64,000 bases of DNA, taken from Pelomyxa schiedti. Its lineage: Eukaryota > Protista > Evosea. Below are positions 14,815 through 27,568 of the stretch, piece after piece. The DNA lies in contig JAHLWZ010000183.1 in NCBI GenBank assembly GCA_020536535.1, forward strand, positions 55,818 to 119,817. The letters are read 5' to 3'. Both the position numbers and the translations under genes were made by a program. The notes below the pieces were generated by a model that saw nothing but the letters and a program-made list of their open reading frames with translations, was not told where the DNA came from and searched no databases. Numbering within the stretch: the stretch's first letter is position 1; every line of letters begins with the position of its first letter.

Positions 14815-14959
14815 CGCCTGTTTTCGAAAACAAAAGCAACTTATTTTCCACGAACAACAGCTTCACGCTTGTGATGCCGTTTCCGTGTGGGATCTGCTAT
14901 CTGTTGGCTTAATTTCGTTGTAGGTGGTGTGCCCTTTCAAAGCGCGGCTGTGGTAGTCA

Positions 14960-17821
14960 ATGTGGTTATCACAGTTACAACGACAACAACAACAACAGCA
15001 GCAGCCAACGTCTTCATTGGAAAGAGCAACTAAAAACACTGACAACAACAACAGTAGAGGCGATGTTGCGGTGGTGGTGGATATACTGACACCGTGCTTG
15101 GCCAAGTTGCACGACAGCCACATTGACCCAGCTTCTATACAGCCTGTGTTACAAGTTACTCAATCAAAACCAATCCAAGATAAAGTATGCATGTGCGTGC
15201 TTTACAAAAACCACCTTCGATGATTTTTTTTTTTTTTCCCCAATACCCCTCCGTGATTGTTATTATAGTTTTATTTCAATCCTATTTTAATGTGGGCACA
15301 GAGGCCTCGCCATTTGGTTGTTTTAAATGACGGTCGGAATACGATGCATGGAACTATATTCACAGATGAGAAGCCAGCTCCTGCCATATTGTCAGTGATT
15401 AAGTTGCTTCAGTACACAGTGGTGCAGATTGATCCACCGAGCCCCAGCCGGTATGTGGTGGTTGTTCTATTGTATTTTGGGAGTTAACTCTCTTCTTTAG
15501 GCTCGTTGCAATTCAATCTTATGAGACCGTTGCTTCTCCAACCAATGCTGTATTGGGTTCCCCCAGTGAAATTCTAACAGGAACAGCCACAACAACCACT
15601 ACATCAGCTCCCTTGAGCTCATTAACATCTCCCCAAAATATTACCGGGAGGGGGTCAGTGGACAGAGGGGTGCCAACCACTCAACCGCCACTGGGACCTG
15701 CAAGTGTTGCTGCTTCCCCGACACAAGTGTGCTTCTGCTTGAGATCTCACCAACTTAACCTGGTTTAGACCATTTCCTCTGCAACGAGAACTCAAGTGTC
15801 TCCTGGGTACTAACGTTTCTCAAGTATTTTGCCTCTAATTTTTCCCGGGAAACTACATTACATATGGCAGCTCAGAGATACCAAGTGACGATCTATCCAA
15901 GTCAGTTGTTGTACCAGTTGCAGGCCTCAATCCATTTCAGACCAAGTGGGTCATCAAAGTGCGCGTGACAAGTAAAAGTGACATCCGGAACTACACCAGC
16001 ACAAAGGGGTCTGGAAAGTTCTTTACCGTGGATTTGCTGGATGATCAAGTGTGCCACACTTTCCTTTCCTTTTCTAAAAATCTAATTGGTTGTGAGGGAA
16101 CTGAAATTCAAATGACTGGTTTCCAAGATGTAATTGAGAAATTCTACGAACTTCTCCAACCAAATCACGTATATTCCACATCTTTCCTTTTCAGTTCTTA
16201 ACACTCATCTTCACTCACCTCCACCAGGTGTACCTCATCTCAAAGTGTCTCCTCAAGTTCGCAAACAAGCCGCACATAACAACTATTAAGAACGACTATG
16301 AGCTTAGCCTCACCAGTGGCAGTATTATCCAAGAAGTTCAAGATGACCATACAATAAAAACCCACAAAATGGAGCTGGTTGAGATAAAGAACATTGCATC
16401 CAGAAAAATTAATGATGTAGTTGGTATATTCTGATTGCTCTATCTCCGATTCAGCTTTTACTGATTAAAAATTAGATGTACTTGGCATTGTGATGTCAGT
16501 TGGGAAGGGAACTAAGGTTAAATCAAGTGAAGATACCTCAGTTGAGCTTTCAAAAAAGTTTGTAGACCCTTGTGTGTTGTTATGCCTACCTAAATTTTCT
16601 TCAGATCCATTACGATTATGGACTCATCTGGTGTCACAATTCAGGTTGCACTCTGGGGCGAAAAAGCAGACAGAGATATTGAACGTGAATGGATAATAGC
16701 GATACGGTCAGCCAAAATAAGTGACTTGGGAGGTATTTATGAAACAACCCATCAGGGTTTTCAATTCAATGCAGTGTGCAGGTATATCATTGAGTGCAAG
16801 CAGTGCCAGCACCGTAATTTGGAATCCTGCTGATATGATAGAGGCTGATAAACTGCGGGAGTGGTACTCAATTAATGGCCATGGTAACGTAACACCTATT
16901 GTGAACATTCACTCTGAGTCAACGAACACATCTGCTATCCCGATCGTAAACCTGGAAGAACACAGAGATTTGGAGAACCAATCCATTACGGTACTTTTTA
17001 TTTTATTTTTTTCTGTTATTGTAACGTAATCATAATAATACCTGGGAAACAGAAGGGCATACAGGTTGACCCTCCAGAAAGTGACTGCAACACGCTCATT
17101 ACCGCCAATGAGAAGGAGGATACCTCAGCTCCGGCTCCAATACAAACCACGTTGACTCCAGCAACAACCACCACCAAGGATGCTGAGGCTTGTGATAAGT
17201 TTGTTGATCAAGTCTTACAACATCCAGCAGTGGTCAATCAAGTTAATCCTCCCACCTCAAAGCTTCCAAAAGAATCCAAAAAGAGGATTGGATTAAAACT
17301 AGTAGGATCTGCCTTAGACAACCTTGGATCAATGATGCAGCACGTACAAGTGATTTTATTTGTAAAAGTTTATTTCAATAATCTTTATTTCAATACACAG
17401 GCTGTTCAACACGAGGAAATTACCTTGATGAGAGCTGAAAGAACCCAGCTTATGGCGAAAATCGAAGCTAACCTGGTAAAGTATGAACTCAGCTTAGAAA
17501 AGGAGAGAACAACACACGCAACTGAACTGAAGGAAGTGAGAGAACAAGAAGCAAGGAGGTACCAAGAACTGTTGCAAGAACACAATGCAAAAAACTTGGA
17601 ACTGTTGGAAAACCAAAGAACATCTTTTGCACAACTTCTTGCAGCAAAAGAGGAACAGATCAAGGGATTGGAAAAAAGTCTTCAGGAGAGAGAAGGCCTT
17701 GTAAGTGCCTATAGAGAGATGACACTTTTTTATTGTAAGAAAACGTCTTAATCCTAAAACTTCGGAACCATTGTTATTCTTGAACTGTGCAACAGTTCGG
17801 GACCTGCTGTTAACTCGCTAA
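14960..17821 (+). CDS. RPA1: RPA1 (RPA70)-like ssDNA-binding protein with N-terminal OB, DBD-A and DBD-B, then a coiled coil in place of DBD-C
   Basis: LNPFQTKWVIKVRVTSKSDIRNY..KGSGKFFTVDLLD, DSSGVTIQVALWGE and WNPADMIEADKLREWY. No CxxC zinc ribbon is seen; the 3' exons are coiled-coil. 3' end approximate. Confidence 0.75.
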
Positions 17822-18035
17822 AGAACGTATGATAGTGTACTTTGGGGGTTATCCCTCTCACAGCTCTTGAGGGATATAACACTGCTTCATGCTTCTCTTC
17901 CATTCTTCTGACAACAGCACAAGTGTTGTGCACAGTTGCATATCCCCTCAGCAGCACCATCGTCAGGTAGAGAGTTGGAACAGTTCCAACTATCGTTTTC
18001 GAAGAAACTAGTTTCTAGTTTTGTAGTTTGGCGAA

Positions 18036-19381
18036 ATGGCAGCGTCGAAGCCGTCAACGGCAAGCCCAGTGTGTGGTATTAGAATTTCGCTGGTTAGTGA
18101 CGTGCACTTGGAAATAAGTTCATTGGGTGGAGGGACTCCGGTGTTCCCACTTGGGCCGGTGCCGTCATCCTCATCACCAACAGATTCCACTGTTCCCCAC
18201 GTAATGTGCCTTCTTGGAGACATTGGAGGTACCTGCTGTTATCTGTTGTTGTTGTTGCTGCTGCGTTGTTGGTTGTTGGTGGGCCTATTCGTCGGTTGTA
18301 TCTCCTCCTTGGCTTGTTTAGACCCAAGCAGTGGGGAATATGAGGAGTACTTGCGGCAGTTGAGCCAGAGATACACGCATGTGCTTGTTGTGGCAGGAAA
18401 CCACGAGGTTTGAAGCTATTTGCTGGCTAGATAGCAGTTCTTACCTCTACGTGACCCTAGTTTTACAGGAAGACCTATGAAGGAACAAAAGTCCTGTTGC
18501 AAACTGTTGGGTTCCCATTTGGATATATGTTGTTTTGATTTTTGGGTTTTGAGTGAGTTTTTTTTTTCCCCCTCCTGTGAAGTTTCTTTTATTTTTTATC
18601 TTCCATCTCTCATGCCGACTCTATTGCCACCAGGTATGCAGAAAATTCCCCAATGTTACATTCATGGATTGTACCTCTGTTGTTATTGGCGGTGTGAGAT
18701 TTGCTGGTGCAACTCTTTGGTACACTTATGCATTTCCTCTACTTTACAAGGGCTCCAAACCAAATAATGACCGAAGCCTTTGTACCTTTTGGGAAATTGG
18801 TTACTCACTTTGCTTACAGGACTAATGTACCAACAAAGTACCAGAGCCAGCTGCAAAATTGTATGAATGACTATGTACGAATTTCTATGGCTTCTGGGAG
18901 GAAACTTACAGTTTCCGACACAAACGCTTTCCACAAAGCAGAAAGGGAATGGATGGAGGCAGAAATTCGATCATCAAGGGTTCGTTCTGATTATTTTCAC
19001 CCCAAAAAACTGTTTGCACAACTCCTTACTTTCATACCCACAAACAGGAACCACTGGTTCTTCTATCTCACTCAGTCCCTGTAATGAGCCTGCCTTGTGA
19101 CACAGATGAATCCATTGCTAATGACCCTGTGGTCAAGACTGGATTCTGCACGGACTTGACGAAAATGATGAAGAAACCTGTGAAGCTTTGGCTGTTTGGT
19201 CACTCACATGTCAGTTGTGACCTGTGTGTCAATTCCGTGCGGCTAGTTTCGAATCAAGTAGGCTATTACTACCCTCCCTGCATGTAGTTTATCTCATTTT
19301 TTCCCTCAGTATGGATATGATTATGAAGTTAAAAGAGGATTGACTGGGTATTCTCCCAACATTATTCTTTCCTTGCCATAG
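18036..19381 (+). CDS. Calcineurin-like metallophosphoesterase
   Basis: SDVHLE, LGDIG, VAGNHE, GATLW, WLFGHSH and VSNQ-GY motifs across exons. Confidence 0.85.
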
Positions 19382-19397
19382 TAACAAATTTTCTTGC

Positions 19398-22300
19398 TCA
19401 ATGCTTTTTGCCCCATTTGTGTGTTGAGCCTTGTGTGTGTATTAGTGGGGGTGCTGTGGCAGGCGGATCCCGGATTGCTGTGACAATCCCGATAGCCACT
19501 GTACGAGCCCCATCGTGGAGTATGAACCGCCCCATGTTCCTATTGGTTGTGAAGGGCTCAATGCATACTGGTTTGGTTGGTAAAAACAAAACAAGAGCCT
19601 CTTGTCCTGGTTGAAGGCAGTCGGGGTGCTCCTCCAAAACCTGAAACGATGAGTTTTACTTGAAAAAAAAAGGGATGTGGCTACCTTCTTGGTTTTAGGG
19701 TCAATGGTGTGAATTATACTGGAAAGAACAACCGTGAAACTGAGACAATGGGCATGAATATGACCACAGAAGCCAGACCTGAGCGACTGTTTAATCTTTC
19801 CAGAAGAGTTTGGCGCGGCCAGAACGGGGCGTGCCAGGCAAATTACAACTCTTGCTTCAAAGGCAAGTACAGGAGGAGGGCAGCTCTCAATGTCACACAA
19901 GACAGAACCCCGCTTAATGTGTACCTGCTGTGAAGCTGGCGCTAGTAGTTGTACACCAACAAGGTTACCAGCGCTGGCAGTAGGGTATCTGGTACGAAAC
20001 ATTTCAATTGTTCCAATCGATAGCTGTAACTCCGGTAAAGAGGGTGCTAAGGAGAATCTTTGTCTTGAGGAAGCGGCCAGTGAGCCTGACAACTTGATGT
20101 CCATTAGGTTAAGCGAATTTGAACTTGGGAGCTCACCACTTTGCCAATGCCAATTAGTCCAATCCCTGGGAGGGCTCTCACGTGAGACAAAGGAACTCTT
20201 ACACGAGGTGACGTGCTGTTAACTCCTGGAAGAGTCAATGCAGACAGGGCGTCCACTAGTGTGAAACCAGTGCTCGTTGTAGTGCTTGTTGGGAGGGACT
20301 TCATCCAGCCCGTATACCAGGGTGCAACCTCTGATTGGTTTTTAAAAGAGGGTTGAGAAGGGGTTGCCTTTACTTGAAGCACATTTAAAGAGGTTCTCAC
20401 CATGCCAAGCAGATGTGGGTACGACCGGAATGGTCGAAGCCTTAAGGCCTGGAAATATGTCAGAGAAGAGAAAAAAAGCGAAATTTCGACTCACCAGTAA
20501 TTTTTTGCACCAGAGAGCAAACGTTTTCTGAGACCTCTTCGAATCTGCGTGATAGTGAGAAGGTGGTGCAGTGTATGGATCTTTACCTTTTCTGCGACCA
20601 GGATACAGTGTCCATTTTGTTCACCAAAACTATAAACTGCTCCACTCCCATAGCCCAAGCTATTGTTATCATCTCATACAAGTTGCTGGATGTTGATGCC
20701 GAGAATGCCGAAGCCGGTGATGACGCAATTGACATCTCGAATTCACCTTGGGTTGCAGAAACGCAAAGTACACATGCATCTGCCTGTGACAGCCCTGAAG
20801 TGATATTCTTTATAAACCTCTTGTGCCCTGGGGAGTCGAGTAGGCATACATGGTAGCTAAAAGACGGTGACCAATGCAAAGTAGTACAAAAATGGCACTT
20901 ACTTGGAGATCTCTATTGTCCACGTGTGATTTTCAATTGTTGTGCTCCTTTCCCTTTCTTGTCGTAACCTGTTTAAAATCCAAGCAAAGCAATCGGATCC
21001 CTTGGAGATACCTAGTTTGAACAATTATAATCCAGTATTCCTTCAATGAAGTGCAACTTGCAGCATCGCGCATGAGCATGTCCATCTGATGTTCATCAAC
21101 ACCACCCAAATCACTAATGAGATGTCCAAGTGTTGTGGATTTCCCTGCACAGGAATCTCCTAAGGTAGCAACTATAATTCTGGGTTTTTTTGTTCCACCC
21201 TCAGGTGTCCCACTGGGTTGAAAAATGACATGATGATTGCCTGATTCCAACTTTGGAAAGCCAGGTGTTGCGGTATGTGAAGTATGTTTTTTGTACAATT
21301 TTTTCCTAGTCCTTGCTGCTGCCTTGGCATGTCCCAATTGTTCTGGGGTCAAGCCTAGCAAAAAGTCAAAAAGATTTGACTTTGGGCATTACCTATTGCG
21401 CTCTGAATGGATTTATTATTTGAGGTACTCTGAATGGCTTTAGTGTTGTCAGGTGCAGGTTCCACTGTGAGTGATGATGGTACCCAGACACAAAATTTTA
21501 TCACCTCAAGGGTGTGAACTCAATTACACAACAAAGTTATGCATACCTCATGAAAGATTGGATATAGCAAAACTTGCTCAGTCTCAGTTAGTGACGAAGA
21601 AGTAACGGAAGAAGGGCTAATATGTAAGACTTTAATGCATCCACTTAAATCAAAATATATGATATTGTACAGCATCTCTGGGTAAGTTTCAGAAAAGAAA
21701 TAAACTTGAGGACAGTCACCAGGTGACAACCACGAGAAAATGGCAGTGAGTAGTGCGGACTTCAGCTCAGGATTGTCAAGCAATGACACCATGGCCTTCA
21801 AAAATCAAAAAACAAAACAAAAAAGTGAAGAAAGTTGCCTTGACATGTGACTCGAATTTAAAGGGGAATCGGAATGCTTGGAATTCCTCGGTGATAGCCT
21901 GCAAAGGAAATGTGGCCAAAGCAGACCATACAAATAAGAGCCTTTGTATTGATGGCCATTTCATGTGGTCAGGAAAGATTGCGCCAATACGAGTGAGCAT
22001 CAACTCGAAAAATGTTTTGGCAAAAACATCGAAACAATGTGTATGTGATTGCAACCAACTGTGCAGTGCCTCTGAACTTGTATTATGTGCTATTTCAGAA
22101 AGATTTTGAGCGAAAGTCTGGGGAACAGTGCAATGCTCAGCTTCACAAAGCTGAGCAAGAAGGGTCCTAGACAAAACTTGGATACTTATTTGCTTTCAAA
22201 GGTGAGGCATAAGAAAATGGTGCAGGAAAAACCTCTTTCTCTGTTGGAGTGATACAAACTATCTGTTTAAGATATCTTCGAAATGTCTCCTCTTGGAGGA

Positions 22301-25300
22301 GTTGCAATTTCAAATTAGGGGAATGCTCATCATCGAGAAGAAAATATATAAAAGCTTTCACAGGTAATCCTGCAATGCAGATTATTGCTTTTTACTGGTT
22401 TAAGAACTCAATACGTTTGCCAGTCCAATACTTATGGGGGAGGGACCGACTTCTTAGTGCTGACCCAACCATTTCTCTAGTGGGAAGTTGGAAAGAGTTT
22501 TTTCACTTTCAACTCACCTGAATTCTTCAATGGACGGTGTTGTGGAGGGATTCTTTATCCAATAAAACATTGTGGAAAGTATCTCACCCATTCTACATAT
22601 ATCTAAACTGGAATGTTTGGCAACTCGCATGTGCATCATAAAGTAGCTGGGAAGTTAGATGAGTGGAAATCTCAGAAAAATAAAGTTGGGCACCCTCCAT
22701 AAATGTTAATAATAGATGGAAGAGGAGCCAGAGGGGTTCCCGTTATGACTTCACTTAGTAAACCAGGCATCAAGTTTGCCAGAACGAGGTTAGTGAGTGG
22801 TTCAGGTGCAAGAGGCAATGCCGAGTTTCCCCTATAAAACCCACCTGGTAATTGGACGGCAGTACTGTGCTCTTTTTGAGCTAACTTCCAGTATACCCTA
22901 AAGTACGCCCAACTTGCTTGATCTTTTAACTGATCACTTCAAAGGAGTAACTTCTACATACACACCCACGCCACCGGAAATCACATACAGGAATTCCTTC
23001 CCATCAAATAACAATCCAAGAGTTTGTGTATCAGCAAGTGTGTACAACGCAGCAGGTAGTGTGTTATGGTCTCGTATGAGTTCAAGAAATGTTGTGTAAG
23101 TGAGTGGATCAAACATTCGCTTGCAAGCATCTTGAAGGTCGGTGCTTATCACTTTACAGGAATATCTTTAGACCTTGAATGTAGGAAAAAACCGGAAGTA
23201 AGGTACCCAGCAACTATGGTGGGGTATATCTCTTGGAGGGGAAGCCTCTCACAAATTACGTTAGCATTAACAGTTACCCTGATATCGACAATAACATTTC
23301 CAGAAGTGTCATGAGATAGAGTCTCCAAATAAGTGGATTCACTCGACACTGCAATAGAATTCTTAGAAAGAATTCTATCAAGTACTTAGCTTGTAGGCAT
23401 AAAGTAATTACAAACTGTGCAATAGCGGCTTTCCGGCACTGCTGAAGGATATCACCTTCCTGAAACGATTAAACTTCCAGGAAACATAAAGGGAGGCTAC
23501 AATAATAAATAAACTAAGAGAAGTATGATCCCCAGCAACAGTTTCAGCTACAAGGCAAACTCTGTTCAGCATCTTTCTAGCAAGGCTTCCTTGGGAAATC
23601 AAAATCCGTTGAATTTGAGTATTGAATCTCGCTGGTGATACAAATCCACTTCCCAGCCTCACTTTCATGGATTCCAACCCTGCTGAAATAGCTTCCAAGT
23701 CGCGCTCCTTAGAGATTGTTAGAACACACTGATATATTGAGGTAAAGTAGCACCCGCAGTAATCCATGGCTGTGCAACACCGCTGCATCATATTTCCCGG
23801 ATTCAAAATGTTGATACTGTTCTAACATACGTGCAAGTCCATCCACTTGGTTCTCAACACTACAGAGAACCTTTTCTAAGAATAATTGTAACAAAGTGCC
23901 CTCTCGGACAAGGTGATATATCTCTGATAGTGCTTGTCCTTTTTGTTTGCGAAGTGTGTGTAGCTGTTCCAGTGCTCTTCCTATTTGCTTATTTTGGTAA
24001 ATAAGTGGAGTTATAGATATTACTTAAATGAGTACCTGCGAAGTTATGTTGCCCGTCAGTGCATGTATTATTGTTGCAAGTTCTGGTTCAAGTTTAAAAA
24101 GATCTTGCAGAGCTTTAAACAGCCTGTCAGATATCGAGATTTTGGCTTGGCTGCGTAGCACAGTATTAACGTGGAATGGAGAAGGAATCCGGACTGCAAC
24201 ATGTTCTGAGTTGGATAGCTCAACAAAGGAATGAGGAACTATGCCCCGGCAACAAATACCAGCTTCCACAGCCTAATTTTATTAAAAGGAGTACAAAAAG
24301 TCAAGTAGTGTACTGCAGATGGAAGTTGAATGTCTCCACAGCTGAAGGAAATAGTCACATTGGTATTTGAAACAGTTGTTGCCAGCGACTCCATCTCCCT
24401 AATTACAGCTGAAATGTCCGCCACAGCATGGAAGTGCCCATTCACATTTTCACGCAGTACACGGAGAAATGCCGCATGTGCAGCTCCAACATGGCATACA
24501 TGAAACTCTGTTGATACGTGCTTATCAGAAATATCCTACGGGAAAAAACATCATTTTCGAGCAGGTCTTTAATTTCCTACTTGCATAAGTGTTTTACAAA
24601 TATTTGTCATTCTTTTCTGGTATAAAGTAATCCCATCTGATTGGATGAAATGGAAGTATCCATATTCAGCATGGTTTGGATTTGAAGGAATGTCTGCATT
24701 GACCGTGGGTCGTGGGACATACATATTCTCTTCTCCATCAGTCATAAACCACACCGTTATTGAGGATGAAGTCTAGATTTGGAAATTGAATGTTCGAAGG
24801 AAACCGTTAGTGGGCGCCGTACTCTTTCAGCCAGCTCTCTCACTCTTGAAGACAAGTGTAACAATGCTGCTTCTGTATTAGTTTTTCCGCTGGCTTTGAA
24901 AACAGCCTCAGAAGTGCGATTCCGAATTTGGGATAGGAGTTCAGAATCATCAATTAGTTGTCCGGTCTCTGTGTCAGTAAACTGGTCTTTTCACTCATTA
25001 AAAGCTATGAAGAAAATTTTGGGTAAGAACCTGGTGTAAACTCCACGACCGTATTAACTGCAGCACTCCAAGTAACGATGGTAACATAACCTCCTCGCTT
25101 CAAAGTACTCAAACATAGAGGGGGGATAAGCTCCCTGGCTTTGGTTTGGTGAGCGAAGCATAGTGGCCCTGATGCAACCTTTTTTGATAGAGCTCGCCCC
25201 GTGGTCGGGAGACCCTGGAGCTTGGTAAATACCATTGGCGTCATGATTCATTGATGCACTAACATCAAGGTAAAACAGTACGTGCTCTTCAACATCGGGC

Positions 25301-25566
25301 CTCTAGCGACTGGGTGACAAAATGAGAGCACAAAAAAGCTACCATACTCCAGAGGTGAGCCGGTCGCACAAGCAAAACAACATAGGGTCACTTCCACCCA
25401 CCAAAGGAGGGAGTACTAAGATCTGTGCACCATCTCCCCACCACGTCACGTATCCCCTAGAAGCCGATGTAGTCGTAGTTGTCGCTACAGTCTGTGACAA
25501 GGGTGTTGAAGATGTAGCCCGAGATCCATCTTTGTTTGATGTTACGTCGCCTTGGTCGCTGGCCAT
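19398..25566 (-). CDS. VWA domain + uncharacterised ~700-aa region + EF-1alpha/HBS1-like translational GTPase (single multi-exon gene)
   Basis: VWA: VLFYLDVSASM, GKTNTEAAL, VWFMTDG. GTPase: GDSCAGKSTTLGHL, DSPGHKRFIKN, VNKMD, IPVVPTSAWHGENL, followed by beta-barrel domains II/III (MGRFILHDGARTVAIGIV). The junctions into the GTPase were traced in frame (FHE|VIKF, SAIG|LTPEQ); not every middle junction was resolved. Confidence 0.72.
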
Positions 25567-25793
25567 GTGTGGGGCCACGAATTGTTTTGGATAATTACAT
25601 TGTGAGATTGACACCTGTCACACGAAACATTAATTCCAACCAAGACTCGTGATCGGGATTTTGTCGTACGAAACGAACCTTTTTGATCAATCGGCCCAGT
25701 CTCGGAGAGATCTACTGACAATTTTCTCAGATTCTGTCTCTTTCTCTGTGGAAGGACATTTGTATTAACTACTATTTAATTAGCCCCACCAGC

Positions 25794-27316
25794 ATGGCAC
25801 GCGTTCCTTGCGCTGTTATTTCGGTAGCAATACTACTTGTGGTTTTACACTTTTCTGACACTCATCTGGATCTTGACTACTCCGAAGGTGTGCTGTTGTT
25901 CTCTAATGAATCTAACTACGTTTCGTAATGAGCACTTTGCAGGCTCGGCCATTGATTGCCCTTCGTACGACATCGGTCTACCTTGTTGCCATTCGCACGA
26001 TATTGGGCGAGGGCGTGCTGGTTGTCTTGCCGTTTCGTTTTCCGGGCGTAACTATTCTAGGACACTATGGTGAGACTTCTTGTGACGCAAGCCACGCTCT
26101 TTTGAGTGACATTATTGTTGAAATGCAAAAGTTATACCCTAATCCCGACTTTATTGCTTTCACTGTAAGCAAGCATATGAGTTCATGCCAGTGTTGCACA
26201 ATAACCTCTTGAAAGGGGGACATAATGTGTCATAGTGATGCTACCGCGGTTAATCCCAAAATAATCGATGCGTGGAACTCGTTGTATGATGCCCTGACAA
26301 GCTCTTTCCCCAATGTCCCTGTGTATTCATCAATGGGGAACCATGACACATTCCCTGCGGATGAACTACGTCCAAATGGAGAGGAGGAAATCTTATATGA
26401 TATGGCTGATGTCTGGAGTCGCACGTTGAGCGATTCTGAGGCTTTGGCCAGTGCTGGCGAATATGGATATTACAGCACTGTAATTCCAAACCAGTACATA
26501 TACTTTTGTTATTATTTTTTTACCTGATTCTTTTTCAGGCCAAATATTAGAATTATATCTATGAATTTAGTGTATACACTTACAGACAATTTCCATGTTG
26601 ATAATGACGACCCAGATCCTGCAGGTCAAAAAGCATGGTTGTATGACACACTAGTGGATGTTGCTGCTAAACAACAAGTTGGCGGTTCCTCCATGATATT
26701 GTTAACCCATCTCTTAATCCAGGTTCCTATTCTTCTCATTCATGGGCCGATTAGAACGAACACCAAATCCAATTATACCGAGTGGTTTATAGGCCTACTT
26801 GATGAGTTGACTAGGACAGGTGAGGGTGCTGTTCCTGTTTACCAACTGGGAGGGCACACACACTGGGATGAAATGCAATTCTACCGCCCGTACTTTGGCG
26901 CAGCTTCTCAATCCTACATGCACGTTGTACCTCAGACTTCTTTCCTGGACGATTTGTGGCCCAGTGTGAGTGTCTGGATTTATGATAGTCTTGAGTCGCT
27001 AGAATCTGCAGATAGACTCATGTACCACGTGAATGTCACACGGGCAAATGAAGATATGCATGTAACACCAGAGCTGTATTACAGCGCCAGGGACGTCTGG
27101 GGAATCCCGGACCTGTCATTGGAATCCTGGGACTTGGTACTAGAAAAGATAAGAGTTGACGAGAGCGCCGCTCTACAGTACATCGACCTCAGAAACACAC
27201 ACCCAACAGGGTCAACAACTTGTGACCAGGCTTGCCGTACTGAACTCTATTGCCAATTGGCTTATGCCTCAAGCGACCTCATTTCCGAGTGCCAGAGCCA
27301 ACTCACCATAACTTAA
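25794..27316 (+). CDS. Acid sphingomyelinase-like (SMPDL3-type) phosphodiesterase
   Basis: Hydrophobic N-terminus, LHFSDTHLD, YGETSCD, MGNHDTFP, GGHTHWDE and a C-terminal CDQACR..LYC motif. Confidence 0.88.
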
Positions 27317-27568
27317 CTGTATTTTGTTTGACCCTTACCACTATCACACCAACGCATAATTTAAAACACCAACAACCCTCCTCCATGATCAAAACCAACT
27401 TTTTCTCGGTCTTTCGGGGTGCGTAGGAGCGCCACATTGCCATTATTCTAGTGATCTGATGACTTGACAAATACCTATTTGGTAAGTCCCAAAGAAAAAA
27501 AAACGAGCTCGAACGAACGCCCTCTAAAAAACAAAATCAATAAAAATTAAAACGGAGCTTCGCAAGGG

